Of a DNA stretch of 64,000 nt, positions 17,824 through 25,325 are shown piece after piece. A program made the position numbers and the translations under genes. The first letter of the stretch is position 1. Each line of letters opens with the position of its first letter. The stretch spans positions 250,730-314,729 of the forward strand of contig JACKDU010000002.1 of assembly GCA_020633335.1 (NCBI GenBank). Reading direction: 5' to 3'. A model generated the notes under the pieces. It had not been told where the DNA came from and did not search any database. It worked only from the letters and a program-made list of their open reading frames with translations. The stretch is from Myxococcales bacterium. GTDB taxonomy: Bacteria > Myxococcota_A > Polyangia > Nannocystales > Nannocystaceae.

Positions 17824-19110
17824 CTAGTCGTCGTCGTCGTCATCCGCCTCGACCTGCTCGGCGCTGACCTTGATCACGTGGCGGGCGTCGGCCGCGAGGA
17901 CCTTGAAGCGGAGCCCCTCCCAGACGAAGACCGAGCCGGCGATCGGGATCTGGCCCGCGAGGTAGGTCAGGAGATCGCCGATGCTGACCACACCTTCGAT
18001 CTCCTCCTCGATCTCGACCCCGAGGCGCTCCTCGACCATCGTCAGGGTGTCCTGGCCGTCGAAGTGGCCGAAGCCCGGCTGGTCCTGCGGCTGGCTCGGC
18101 GGCGCCCGATCGGTCTCGTCGAAGATCTGGCCGACGATCTGCTCGAGCACGTCCTCGAGCGTGACCACCCCCGCGGTGTCGCCGGCGTCGTCGACGACGA
18201 TCGCCAGGTGGACCCGCTGCTCCTTGAAGCGCTGGAGGAGATCGTGGAGGCGGAGCGACTCCGAGATGAAGACCGGCGGCCGCATCACCCGCTCGACCGT
18301 CCCCTTCTCCGGGAGGCCGACGAGCTGCTTGATGTGGAGGACGCCGACGACGTTGTTGATGTCGCCCTCGAAGACCGGCATCCGGCTGTGGCCCGAGCGC
18401 ATCGCCACCTCGCGGATCCGCTTGACCTCCCAGGCCCGGTTGACCGCGGTCACCCGATCGCCGGGGACCATGATGTCGCGGACGATCTTGTCCTCGAAGC
18501 GGATGATCCCCTGGATCAGCGCGGCCTGGCCAGCGCGGATCGATCCCTCGCGGTGGCCGACGTCGACCAGGTAGCCGATCTCGTCGGCGGTCACCCGGTT
18601 GATCATGCTGGTCCCGGACGAGGTCACGAGGCGGTTGATCAGGACGTTGGTCAGGCGGGAGAGGAGCCAGAGGACCGGGGCGATCAGGCGGCTGAGGACG
18701 CTGATGAACCAGAGCGCCGGGACCGCGACCTTCTCGGCGAAGACCCGGCCGATCGCCTTCGGCGTGATCTCGCCGAAGACCAGGAGGAGCGCGGTGGTCA
18801 CGAAGACCGCGATCGCCACCGCGTAGTCGGCGTTCGGCCCGTCGCCGAAGTGGCGGATCGCGAGGGCGGTGACGACCGCGCCCATCAACGTGTTGACCAC
18901 GTTGTTGCCGATCAGGATGGTCGAGAGCACCCGCACCGGCTCCTCGACCCAGGCGCGCATCACCCGGCCGCGGAAGCCCCCCTCCTCGACCATCCGCCGG
19001 GCCCGTCGCTCATCCAGCGAGGTGACGGCGGTCTCTGAGCCTGAAAAGAACATGCTCCCGAGGAGGCAGAGCACCACGGTCAGCACCCCGAGGGTGTCGG
19101 CGTCACTCAT
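17824..19110 (-). CDS. HlyC/CorC-family transporter (DUF21-CBS pair-CorC_HlyC, CNNM-like)
   Basis: N-terminal DUF21 membrane domain (LTVVLCLLGSMFFSGSETAVTSL…ILIGNNVVNT), two CBS domains, and a C-terminal CorC_HlyC domain ending in an acidic tail. Start at MSDADTL. Confidence 0.8.
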   Translation of the reverse strand: MSDADTLGVLTVVLCLLGSMFFSGSETAVTSLDERRARRMVEEGGFRGRVMRAWVEEPVRVLSTILIGNNVVNTLMGAVVTALAIRHFGDGPNADYAVAIAVFVTTALLLVFGEITPKAIGRVFAEKVAVPALWFISVLSRLIAPVLWLLSRLTNVLINRLVTSSGTSMINRVTADEIGYLVDVGHREGSIRAGQAALIQGIIRFEDKIVRDIMVPGDRVTAVNRAWEVKRIREVAMRSGHSRMPVFEGDINNVVGVLHIKQLVGLPEKGTVERVMRPPVFISESLRLHDLLQRFKEQRVHLAIVVDDAGDTAGVVTLEDVLEQIVGQIFDETDRAPPSQPQDQPGFGHFDGQDTLTMVEERLGVEIEEEIEGVVSIGDLLTYLAGQIPIAGSVFVWEGLRFKVLAADARHVIKVSAEQVEADDDDDD

Positions 19111-19182
19111 CGTGTTGAGGCGTTTTTCGCACGCCGCTGGCCAACCCCGCAAGTCACCGTCGCGCCATCCGCGCGCGCAGGC

Positions 19183-20403
19183 TCACTCCGCCTCGGCCAG
19201 AAAGAGCGCGAGCGCCAGGGTCCGCTGCCGGAGGCTCGAGAGGCTGCTCCACTCGTCGACCCGGTGGAAGTAGCGGCCCGCCGGACCGAGCCCGTCGATG
19301 CAGGGGACCCCACGGGCGGCCAGGAGGTTGGCATCGGAGCCCCCTCCCTGGAGCGGCGCCTCGCCGACCCCGAGGCCCACCGCGGCCGCGCAGCGCTCAT
19401 AGCGCTCGCGGAGTCGCTCGCTCGCCGGCGTCGCCTCCATCGGCGGCCGGGTGATCCGCCCCGCGACCTCCACGCGCACCGTCCGGAGGCGCTCCGGGAT
19501 CACCTCGACGCCGGCGAAGGGATCGTCCGCCAGGGCGTGGAGGGCTGCGACCACCGCGTCGGCGTCGGCGGCGGTCTCGAAGCGGGCGTCGATCGAGCAC
19601 CGCGCCTGCTCGGGCACCGTGTTCTTCGCGGTCCCGCCCTCGATGAGGCCGACGTTGAGGGTGACCCCGCGCTCGTAGTCGGTGAGTCCCTCGATCTTCG
19701 GGATCAGGAGGGCGAGCGCGTGGATCGCGTTAACCCCCGCCTCGTGATCGTTGCCGGCGTGGGCCGCCCGGCCGTGGATCGTCACCGTGAAGGCGCCGCC
19801 GCCCTTGCGCGCGGTGACGATCCGGTCGCCCTCACGACCTGCCTCAAAGACCAGGGCCGCCGAGGAGCGGGGGGCGAGCGCCTCGTAGACGACCTCGTTC
19901 GAGCTCGGCGAGCCGACCTCCTCGTCGCTGACGCAGACGAAGCGGGCCTTGAGGGCGTCGAAGCGCGGGCGATCGACCGCCCACAGCGCCCGCAGCGCGA
20001 AGAGGATCGCCGAGAGCCCTGACTTCATGTCGAGGACCCCGGGGCCGTGGATCACGTCGTCGTCCGCGGGCTCGCGGCGGAAGTGGAGGAAGCCGAGGGA
20101 GCGCGGGAAGACGGTGTCGACGTGGCCGACCAGGGCGATCGCCCGATCGCCCTCCGCCGTCGCCGGGGTCGCGTAGACCCGGTGGTCCGCGAAGAGCCCG
20201 CCGGGGTCGGCGATCGCCGTCCGCCCGAGGCCGATCGCGGCCGCGGCCTCGTCGACGATCGCGGCCGCGGCCTCGACGTCGGCGCGGGCGTAGGTGTGGC
20301 TCGGCTGCTCGACCAGGCGGCGGAGCCAGGGCACCTGCTCGGCCTCGAAGTCGGCGGCGATCCGCTCCCGCAGGCGCTCATGAAGATCGCTGCGCACGGT
20401 CAT
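19183..20403 (-). CDS. M20-family metallopeptidase (ArgE/DapE-type deacetylase)
   Basis: ALVGHVDTVFP, GPGVLDMKSG, and EEVGS metal-binding motifs of the M20/ArgE/DapE family. Sits directly downstream of argC-argB on the same strand. Confidence 0.75.
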   Translation of the reverse strand: MTVRSDLHERLRERIAADFEAEQVPWLRRLVEQPSHTYARADVEAAAAIVDEAAAAIGLGRTAIADPGGLFADHRVYATPATAEGDRAIALVGHVDTVFPRSLGFLHFRREPADDDVIHGPGVLDMKSGLSAILFALRALWAVDRPRFDALKARFVCVSDEEVGSPSSNEVVYEALAPRSSAALVFEAGREGDRIVTARKGGGAFTVTIHGRAAHAGNDHEAGVNAIHALALLIPKIEGLTDYERGVTLNVGLIEGGTAKNTVPEQARCSIDARFETAADADAVVAALHALADDPFAGVEVIPERLRTVRVEVAGRITRPPMEATPASERLRERYERCAAAVGLGVGEAPLQGGGSDANLLAARGVPCIDGLGPAGRYFHRVDEWSSLSSLRQRTLALALFLAEAE

Positions 20404-20519
20404 GGCCGGCAATTTACCGCATTCGTCGATCGCGGCGGGCGCGGGCCCGCGCGACCCCCGCGGCGAGGGAGCGGCGAACTAGCGCGCTCCGGAGCGCGCC
20501 CGGGAGATCGCGTCCGCGC

Positions 20520-21368
20520 TCAGGCGGCCGTGTCGTCGCCGAGGAGCACGGTTCCGTGGCTCCCGGGCGCCTCGGCCTCGCCCGCGAGCGCGCCGGCGCC
20601 GACGCCGAGGATATGGACCGCGCCGATCCCAGCCTCGAGGTTGCGGAGCGCCTCCTCGACCTTCGGGATCATCCCGCCGACGATCACCCCCTCGGCGATC
20701 GCCTGGCGGACCTCGGCCGCCCGCATCCTCGGGATCCGCGAGCTCGGATCGTCGCGGTCGCGGAGCACCCCGGGGACGTTGGTCAGGGCGAAGAGGTGAT
20801 CGGCGCGGAGGGCCGCGGCGATCGCCGCCGACACGGTGTCGGCGTTGATGTTGAACACCGGCGCCCGCACGGGATCGCCCTCTGGATCGACGCCGAGGGT
20901 GCTGATCACAGGCGTCAGACCGGCGGCCCAGAGGTGCTCGATGAGACCCGTGCGGATCCCCACGACATCGCCGACATGCCCAAAATCCACCGGCTCCGGG
21001 CCGCCGCCCGAGACCACCACCGGCGGCCGCTTGCGGGCCCGCACGAGGCCGCCGCTGACCCCACAGACGCCGATCGCGTCGACGCCGGCGGCCAGCGCCG
21101 AGGCGACGAGATCGACGCTGACCTCGCCCGCGAGCACCTGCTTCATCACCTGAAGTGTCGGCGCGTCGGTGATCCGACGGCCGCCGACCTTGTGCGCCTT
21201 GAGACCGAGGCGCCCCTGGAGATCGCTCGCCTGCGGCCCGCCGCCGTGGCAGATCGCGATCCGCCAGCCCTTGCCGACCAGGGCCGCGACGTCGCGCAGC
21301 ACCTCGGCGAGCGGCCCCGGCTGGGCGACCACGTCGCCGCCGATCTTGAGGACGGCGATCGGGCTCAT
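20520..21368 (-). CDS. argB: acetylglutamate kinase
   Basis: AAK family: VLKIGG, ICHGGGPQ, NINADT. Start at MSPIAVLKIGG. The ATG overlaps the argC stop as ATGA. Confidence 0.85.
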   Translation of the reverse strand: MSPIAVLKIGGDVVAQPGPLAEVLRDVAALVGKGWRIAICHGGGPQASDLQGRLGLKAHKVGGRRITDAPTLQVMKQVLAGEVSVDLVASALAAGVDAIGVCGVSGGLVRARKRPPVVVSGGGPEPVDFGHVGDVVGIRTGLIEHLWAAGLTPVISTLGVDPEGDPVRAPVFNINADTVSAAIAAALRADHLFALTNVPGVLRDRDDPSSRIPRMRAAEVRQAIAEGVIVGGMIPKVEEALRNLEAGIGAVHILGVGAGALAGEAEAPGSHGTVLLGDDTAA

Positions 21369-22468
21369 GGCCACATCCCGGGGAGATCGACGCCCATCGC
21401 CTCGGGGAGCCCGAGCATCAGGTTCATCGACTGCACGGCCTGACCTGCGCCGCCCTTCACCAGGTTGTCGAGGGCGCTGGTGATCACGAGCTGGCGCTTG
21501 CCGCTGGTCGGATCGACGACGCCGAGGGTCCACGAGACGTCGGCCCAGATCGTCCCCTTGACCGCGACGACCTCGGCCTGGTCGCGGGAGCCCCGGACCC
21601 GGACGACCGGCGAGTCCGCGTAGAACTCGCCGAAGAGGCGCTCGATCGTCGCCTGGTCGGTCTCCGCCGGGACCTCGATGAAGGAGTTGACGAGGATCCC
21701 CCGGACCAGCGGCGCCGAGACCGGGACGAAGGCCAGCGAGAAGCTCGCCGGGTGGCCGCCGAGGGCGCAGGCGTCACCGAGGGTCTGCTCGATCTCCGGC
21801 GTGTGCTGGTGGGCGAGCGGCTTGTAGATCTTGAGGTTGGCGGCGCGGATCGGGTGGTGGGTGCCGGACGAGGCGTAGGCGCCGGAGCCCGACGAGCCGG
21901 TCGCGGCGACCGTGTGGATCGGCCCGCGGAGGAGCCCGGCGCGGGCCAGCGGCAGGAGGCCGAGGGCGATCGTGGTCGCAAAGCAGCCCGGCGAGGCGAC
22001 CCGACGGGCGCCGCGGATCGCCGCGCGGTTGAGCTCCGGGAGGCCGTAGATGAAGGTCCCGAGGTACTCCGGGTGGGGGTGCTCGCCGCCGTAGAAGCGG
22101 GCGTAGAGCTCCTTGTCGCGGAGGCGGTAGTCGCCGGAGAGATCGATGATCCGGGCGTCGACGCCGGCGAGCTCGGCGGCCATGGTCGCGCTGACCTTGT
22201 GCGGGAGGGCGAGGAAGACGACGTCGACCCCCTGGGCGGCCTCGGTCGCCGACATCTTCTCGAAGGTCAGGCCGGTCGGGCCGAGGGTGCGGTGGACCGC
22301 CTCGAGGGGCTCGTCGACGTGATCGATGCTGGTCACGCGGGCGAGCTCGACCGCCGGGTGGGTGACAAGAAGTCGGATCAGCTCGGCCCCGCCGTAGCCG
22401 GTGCCGCCGATGACAGCCGCGCGGAAACGCGCAGGGTTTTCGGAGTCTCTGGAGCGCGCAAGGGTCAT
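21365..22468 (-). CDS. argC: N-acetyl-gamma-glutamyl-phosphate reductase
   Basis: NAD-binding AVIGGTGYGG. Active-site region SPGCFATT (catalytic Cys). Start at MTLARSRD. Confidence 0.85.
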   Translation of the reverse strand: MTLARSRDSENPARFRAAVIGGTGYGGAELIRLLVTHPAVELARVTSIDHVDEPLEAVHRTLGPTGLTFEKMSATEAAQGVDVVFLALPHKVSATMAAELAGVDARIIDLSGDYRLRDKELYARFYGGEHPHPEYLGTFIYGLPELNRAAIRGARRVASPGCFATTIALGLLPLARAGLLRGPIHTVAATGSSGSGAYASSGTHHPIRAANLKIYKPLAHQHTPEIEQTLGDACALGGHPASFSLAFVPVSAPLVRGILVNSFIEVPAETDQATIERLFGEFYADSPVVRVRGSRDQAEVVAVKGTIWADVSWTLGVVDPTSGKRQLVITSALDNLVKGGAGQAVQSMNLMLGLPEAMGVDLPGMWP

Positions 22469-22674
22469 GGGTCGCCTCGAGGCCGGCTTGTACCACCTGC
22501 CGACGCGGGCAGCGACCAGGTATGACATCGAGGGTCAGGCATGACAGAGATGTCAGGGTGCCTGCGCAAGCGGGCGGCGCGCCCCTGACATCTGCGTCAT
22601 ACCTAGGTCAGAAATTCGTGCGCGCACGGCCGCCCCGACAAGGTGGCATCAACAATTTCAACGACTTGCCAAAG

Positions 22675-22690
22675 TGGCACCCGACCTGCA
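22675..22690 (+). promoter_or_regulatory. putative sigma54 (-24/-12) promoter firing rightward into the CT-rich block
   Basis: TGGCAC-ccgac-CTGCA: perfect -24 element, GC at -12, correct GG-to-GC spacing of 12 nt. Predicted TSS ~22702. Confidence 0.4.
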
Positions 22691-22739
22691 GACAAGGCGG
22701 GCGTCTGCCCAACAAGCAGACCCTTCTAGCCTAGCTCTT

Positions 22740-23040
22740 CGACTCGCTTGCCTGACTTCGACTGACTGACTTGGCCTGACTTCGCCTCTTCTTTTGCCGC
22801 TTGGTCTCGCTTCGCCTGGTCTCACCTGCCGCTCGCTCCTTGCCCTCTACGCACGCGCTCGCCCTACCGCTTGAGCGCGCCCGCTCCTCTGTTCGGTTCT
22901 CCTTCGCTTGATGGCTTCTCAGATCCTCCTGCGCTTGGCTTGAATCCTCTCTTGTTGGCTTATTTGGCCTTCTCTGGACTGAAATAGACGAATTGACGCG
23001 CTCCGGCGCGTTCGCATGGTCGGTGCTGAAACTTAGAACT
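22740..23040 (+). ncRNA. pyrimidine-rich (C+T ~80% on + strand), lower-GC non-coding block. Candidate sigma54-driven ncRNA or long leader.
   Basis: No ORF in any frame. Short degenerate repeats (gacttcg, cttgg, ctcgcttcgcc). Sits between the sigma54 promoter and an intrinsic terminator on the same strand. The reverse strand is the argC upstream region. Confidence 0.4.
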
Positions 23041-23048
23041 GGGGGGGG

Positions 23049-23092
23049 ACCCAGGACGGCTTGGTCAGCTGTCCTGGGTTCTCGTTTTTAAG
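23049..23092 (+). terminator. intrinsic terminator (+ strand)
   Basis: 11-bp stem cccaggacggc/gctgtcctggg (one G-U), 7-nt loop ttggtca, followed by ttctcgttttta. Confidence 0.55.
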
Positions 23093-23202
23093 GCGCGCCG
23101 GCCCGGCTCGCCGATGGCGCTCCACGGGTGGACGCGGCGCAGCGCGGCCGGCCCGGCGCGACGCCAGCTCACGAGCCTCCGCCAGCTCGCCAGAGCGCGC
23201 CG

Positions 23203-24129
23203 CTAGTGGAGATGATCCTCGGGCTCGGCCACCCGGTCGGCGAGGCGCCAGACCTGCTCGCTGGCGACCCGCCCCTCGAGCGCAGCCTCGAGCTCGCGCC
23301 GCTCGGGGTGACCCGGGCCGATCGGCAAGCGACCGGCGTCGATGACATAGTGGGCCCGAAGCGCGCACTCGGCCCCGCCCGGGAGGGCGTGGACCGCCGG
23401 CGCCCCGCCCTCCTCGCGGACCACGTCGAGCCGCGCCTGCACGCGCCCGCCGCAGCGCGGACAGGGGACGGAGCTCCCCGCCTCCCCGCGCCAGAGGGTC
23501 AGGAAGGGCTCCGCCCGGCGGTGGCTCGCCCGGGCCTCCCGCCACCACGCGGCGTCATAGGTGAAGACCCCTGGCAGCTCACGCGGGAGGATCCCCGCCT
23601 CCCGCAGCCAGCTCGCCGAGACGTAGTAGGCCGGCGCCTGGCGCTCGTCCTGCTCGCGGGCCTCGACGAAGAGGTGGGGCCGATCGAAGTGCGGGTCGAG
23701 GCGCCACGACGCCTCGAGGGCCTCCCGCGCCGGCCCGGCCAGCCGCCAGAAGCGGTGGCCGACGACCACCCGCGTCAGGCGGTCGACGAAGACGAAGAGG
23801 ACGTTGCTCAGCTTGTGCCAGGGATCGAGCGCGAGGTCGCAGACCTTGAGCTTGTCGGCGACGATCGCCCCGCCCCGCCGCCAGACGCTGACGACCTTGA
23901 GCTCGATCCGATCCTCCCAGTCGAGGCGCGGGAGGCCGTCGTGGGGATCGAGCCCGAAATGCCACTGGAGCGCGTTGCCAAAGCGCCCGCGCGAGCGGCG
24001 GGCCGTGAAGAGGCCGGCCGCCGGCGCGAGCGCGAGGCCGAGGGAGGCGTCGGCGAGGGCCTCCAGGTGAGCGCACCGAGCGAGCGGCGCGTCACGCCCG
24101 GGCGGCGGATGACGCAGCGGGAGGCGCAC
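23203..24129 (-). CDS. MutH/Sau3AI-family PD-(D/E)xK endonuclease-like protein with C-terminal Cys cluster
   Basis: RFGNALQWHFGL…LDWEDRIELKVVSV…KLSNVLFVFV parallels MutH KGWIGVLLEIWLG…DFAALGVELKTIPV…KLKRVLWIPV (D-x5/6-E-L-K catalytic triad). C-terminal region contains CPRCGG. Confidence 0.5.
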   Translation of the reverse strand: MRLPLRHPPPGRDAPLARCAHLEALADASLGLALAPAAGLFTARRSRGRFGNALQWHFGLDPHDGLPRLDWEDRIELKVVSVWRRGGAIVADKLKVCDLALDPWHKLSNVLFVFVDRLTRVVVGHRFWRLAGPAREALEASWRLDPHFDRPHLFVEAREQDERQAPAYYVSASWLREAGILPRELPGVFTYDAAWWREARASHRRAEPFLTLWRGEAGSSVPCPRCGGRVQARLDVVREEGGAPAVHALPGGAECALRAHYVIDAGRLPIGPGHPERRELEAALEGRVASEQVWRLADRVAEPEDHLH

Positions 24130-24171
24130 AGGGGCTCCGATCCGTGGAGGCGATCCGCCGACGCCGGCGGG

Positions 24172-24354
24172 CTACTCCGGCTTCTTCTCTTCGGGCTTGG
24201 CCTCGGCCTTCTCGTCGGCCTTCTTGTCGTCGGCCTTGTCCGCGTCGTCCGTCTTCTCGGCCTTCTCTTCCTTCTTCTTGCCCGGCTGCTCCGCGCAGGC
24301 GGCGAGGCCGATCAGGGAAAAGCCGAGGATGAACACTCCAAAGATCCGCATCAT
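24172..24354 (-). CDS. small lipoprotein with Lys/Glu/Asp-rich tail
   Basis: MMRIFGVFILGFSLIGLAAC lipobox then KKKEEKAEKTDDADKADDKKADEKAEAKPEEKKPE. The encoding DNA is a simple repeat. Confidence 0.4.
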   Translation of the reverse strand: MMRIFGVFILGFSLIGLAACAEQPGKKKEEKAEKTDDADKADDKKADEKAEAKPEEKKPE

Positions 24355-24417
24355 TGGTCTCCTTGTCTCCACCCGAGGTGGGCCGTCGCCTACGCTACGG
24401 CCGAGGCCCGCGGAGCG

Positions 24418-24792
24418 TCAAGGCGCCGCCGCGGGCGCCAGCGCGGCCGGCCGCCCCCCGTCGTCGATCTGGACGTAGACCAGCTCGGCGGTGGTGACCA
24501 CGACCGAGCGCCGGTGCTGCGGATCCTGGGCGACCACCCGGACCACCACGGTGATCGAGGTGCGGCCGCGGGCGGTGACGTCGCCGTAGCAGGAGACGAT
24601 GTCGCCGACCCGCACGGGGTGACGAAAGATCACCTCGCGGATCGCCACCGTCACCACCTTCCCGACCCCGGCGGACTGGGCGACGATCGCCCCCGCCTGG
24701 TCGATGATGCTGAGGATCACCCCGCCAAAGATCGTGCCGTGCGCGTTGGTGTCGCGCGGCATCATCATCACCCGGATCGCCGGCTCGTCCAT
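24418..24792 (-). CDS. acyl-CoA thioesterase (hotdog fold, YciA-like)
   Basis: MPRDTNAHGTIFGGVILSIIDQAGAIVA…VTVAIREVIFRHPVRVGDIV matches the YciA/4HBT family. Start at MDEPAIR. Confidence 0.7.
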   Translation of the reverse strand: MDEPAIRVMMMPRDTNAHGTIFGGVILSIIDQAGAIVAQSAGVGKVVTVAIREVIFRHPVRVGDIVSCYGDVTARGRTSITVVVRVVAQDPQHRRSVVVTTAELVYVQIDDGGRPAALAPAAAP

Positions 24793-24848
24793 CGACGCCG
24801 GTCGTCGCAGGTCGCCGCCGCGATGTCGAGAAATCGGCGCGCGCCCGC

Positions 24849-25325
24849 TCAGCGGCCCTGCTGGGCGGCGCCGACGATCGCCGCCCGGATCGCCCGCGCG
24901 TCGGCGTAGTCCGGGCAGTAGGAGAGCGCCGGATCCTTGGCCGAGAGCGCCCGGAAGCGCCGCTCCTCGCCGCCGAAGTCGTAGGAGAGGATCACCGGCC
25001 CGCGGTAGCCGGCGTCGCGCAGCGCCCGGAGGATGAAGAGCCCCTGGTTGTCCTGGAGGAAGGCGCGCGCCCGCGCGACGTCGCCGTTGAAGCGCGCGGT
25101 CAGCGAGACGATGTCGCCGAGGAGCTCCTCGAAGGGCGTCCGATCGAAGCGCATGTCGAGGTAGACGACGTCGGGACCCATCCGCCGCGCGAGCTCGCAG
25201 GCCGCCCCGCCGCTCTTCGCCTGGGTGTAGTGGATCCCGCCGGCGACGAAGGTGCTGAGGTTGGTGATGTACTCGTCGCCGTCCTCGACCACGAGGACCT
25301 CGATCACGGGGGCGCTGGCGCTCAC
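24849..25325 (-). CDS. receiver (REC)-like domain protein, atypical
   Basis: VIEVLVVEDGDEY acidic pocket and VVYLDMRF phospho-acceptor-like Asp. Start overlaps the upstream sensor kinase stop (ATGA at 25322-25325). Confidence 0.4.
   Translation of the reverse strand: MSASAPVIEVLVVEDGDEYITNLSTFVAGGIHYTQAKSGGAACELARRMGPDVVYLDMRFDRTPFEELLGDIVSLTARFNGDVARARAFLQDNQGLFILRALRDAGYRGPVILSYDFGGEERRFRALSAKDPALSYCPDYADARAIRAAIVGAAQQGR

Noticed and set aside
22522-22734. 70-aa + ORF in the argC upstream region
   Set aside because: No RBS or motif; overlaps the predicted operator/sigma54 region. More likely non-coding.
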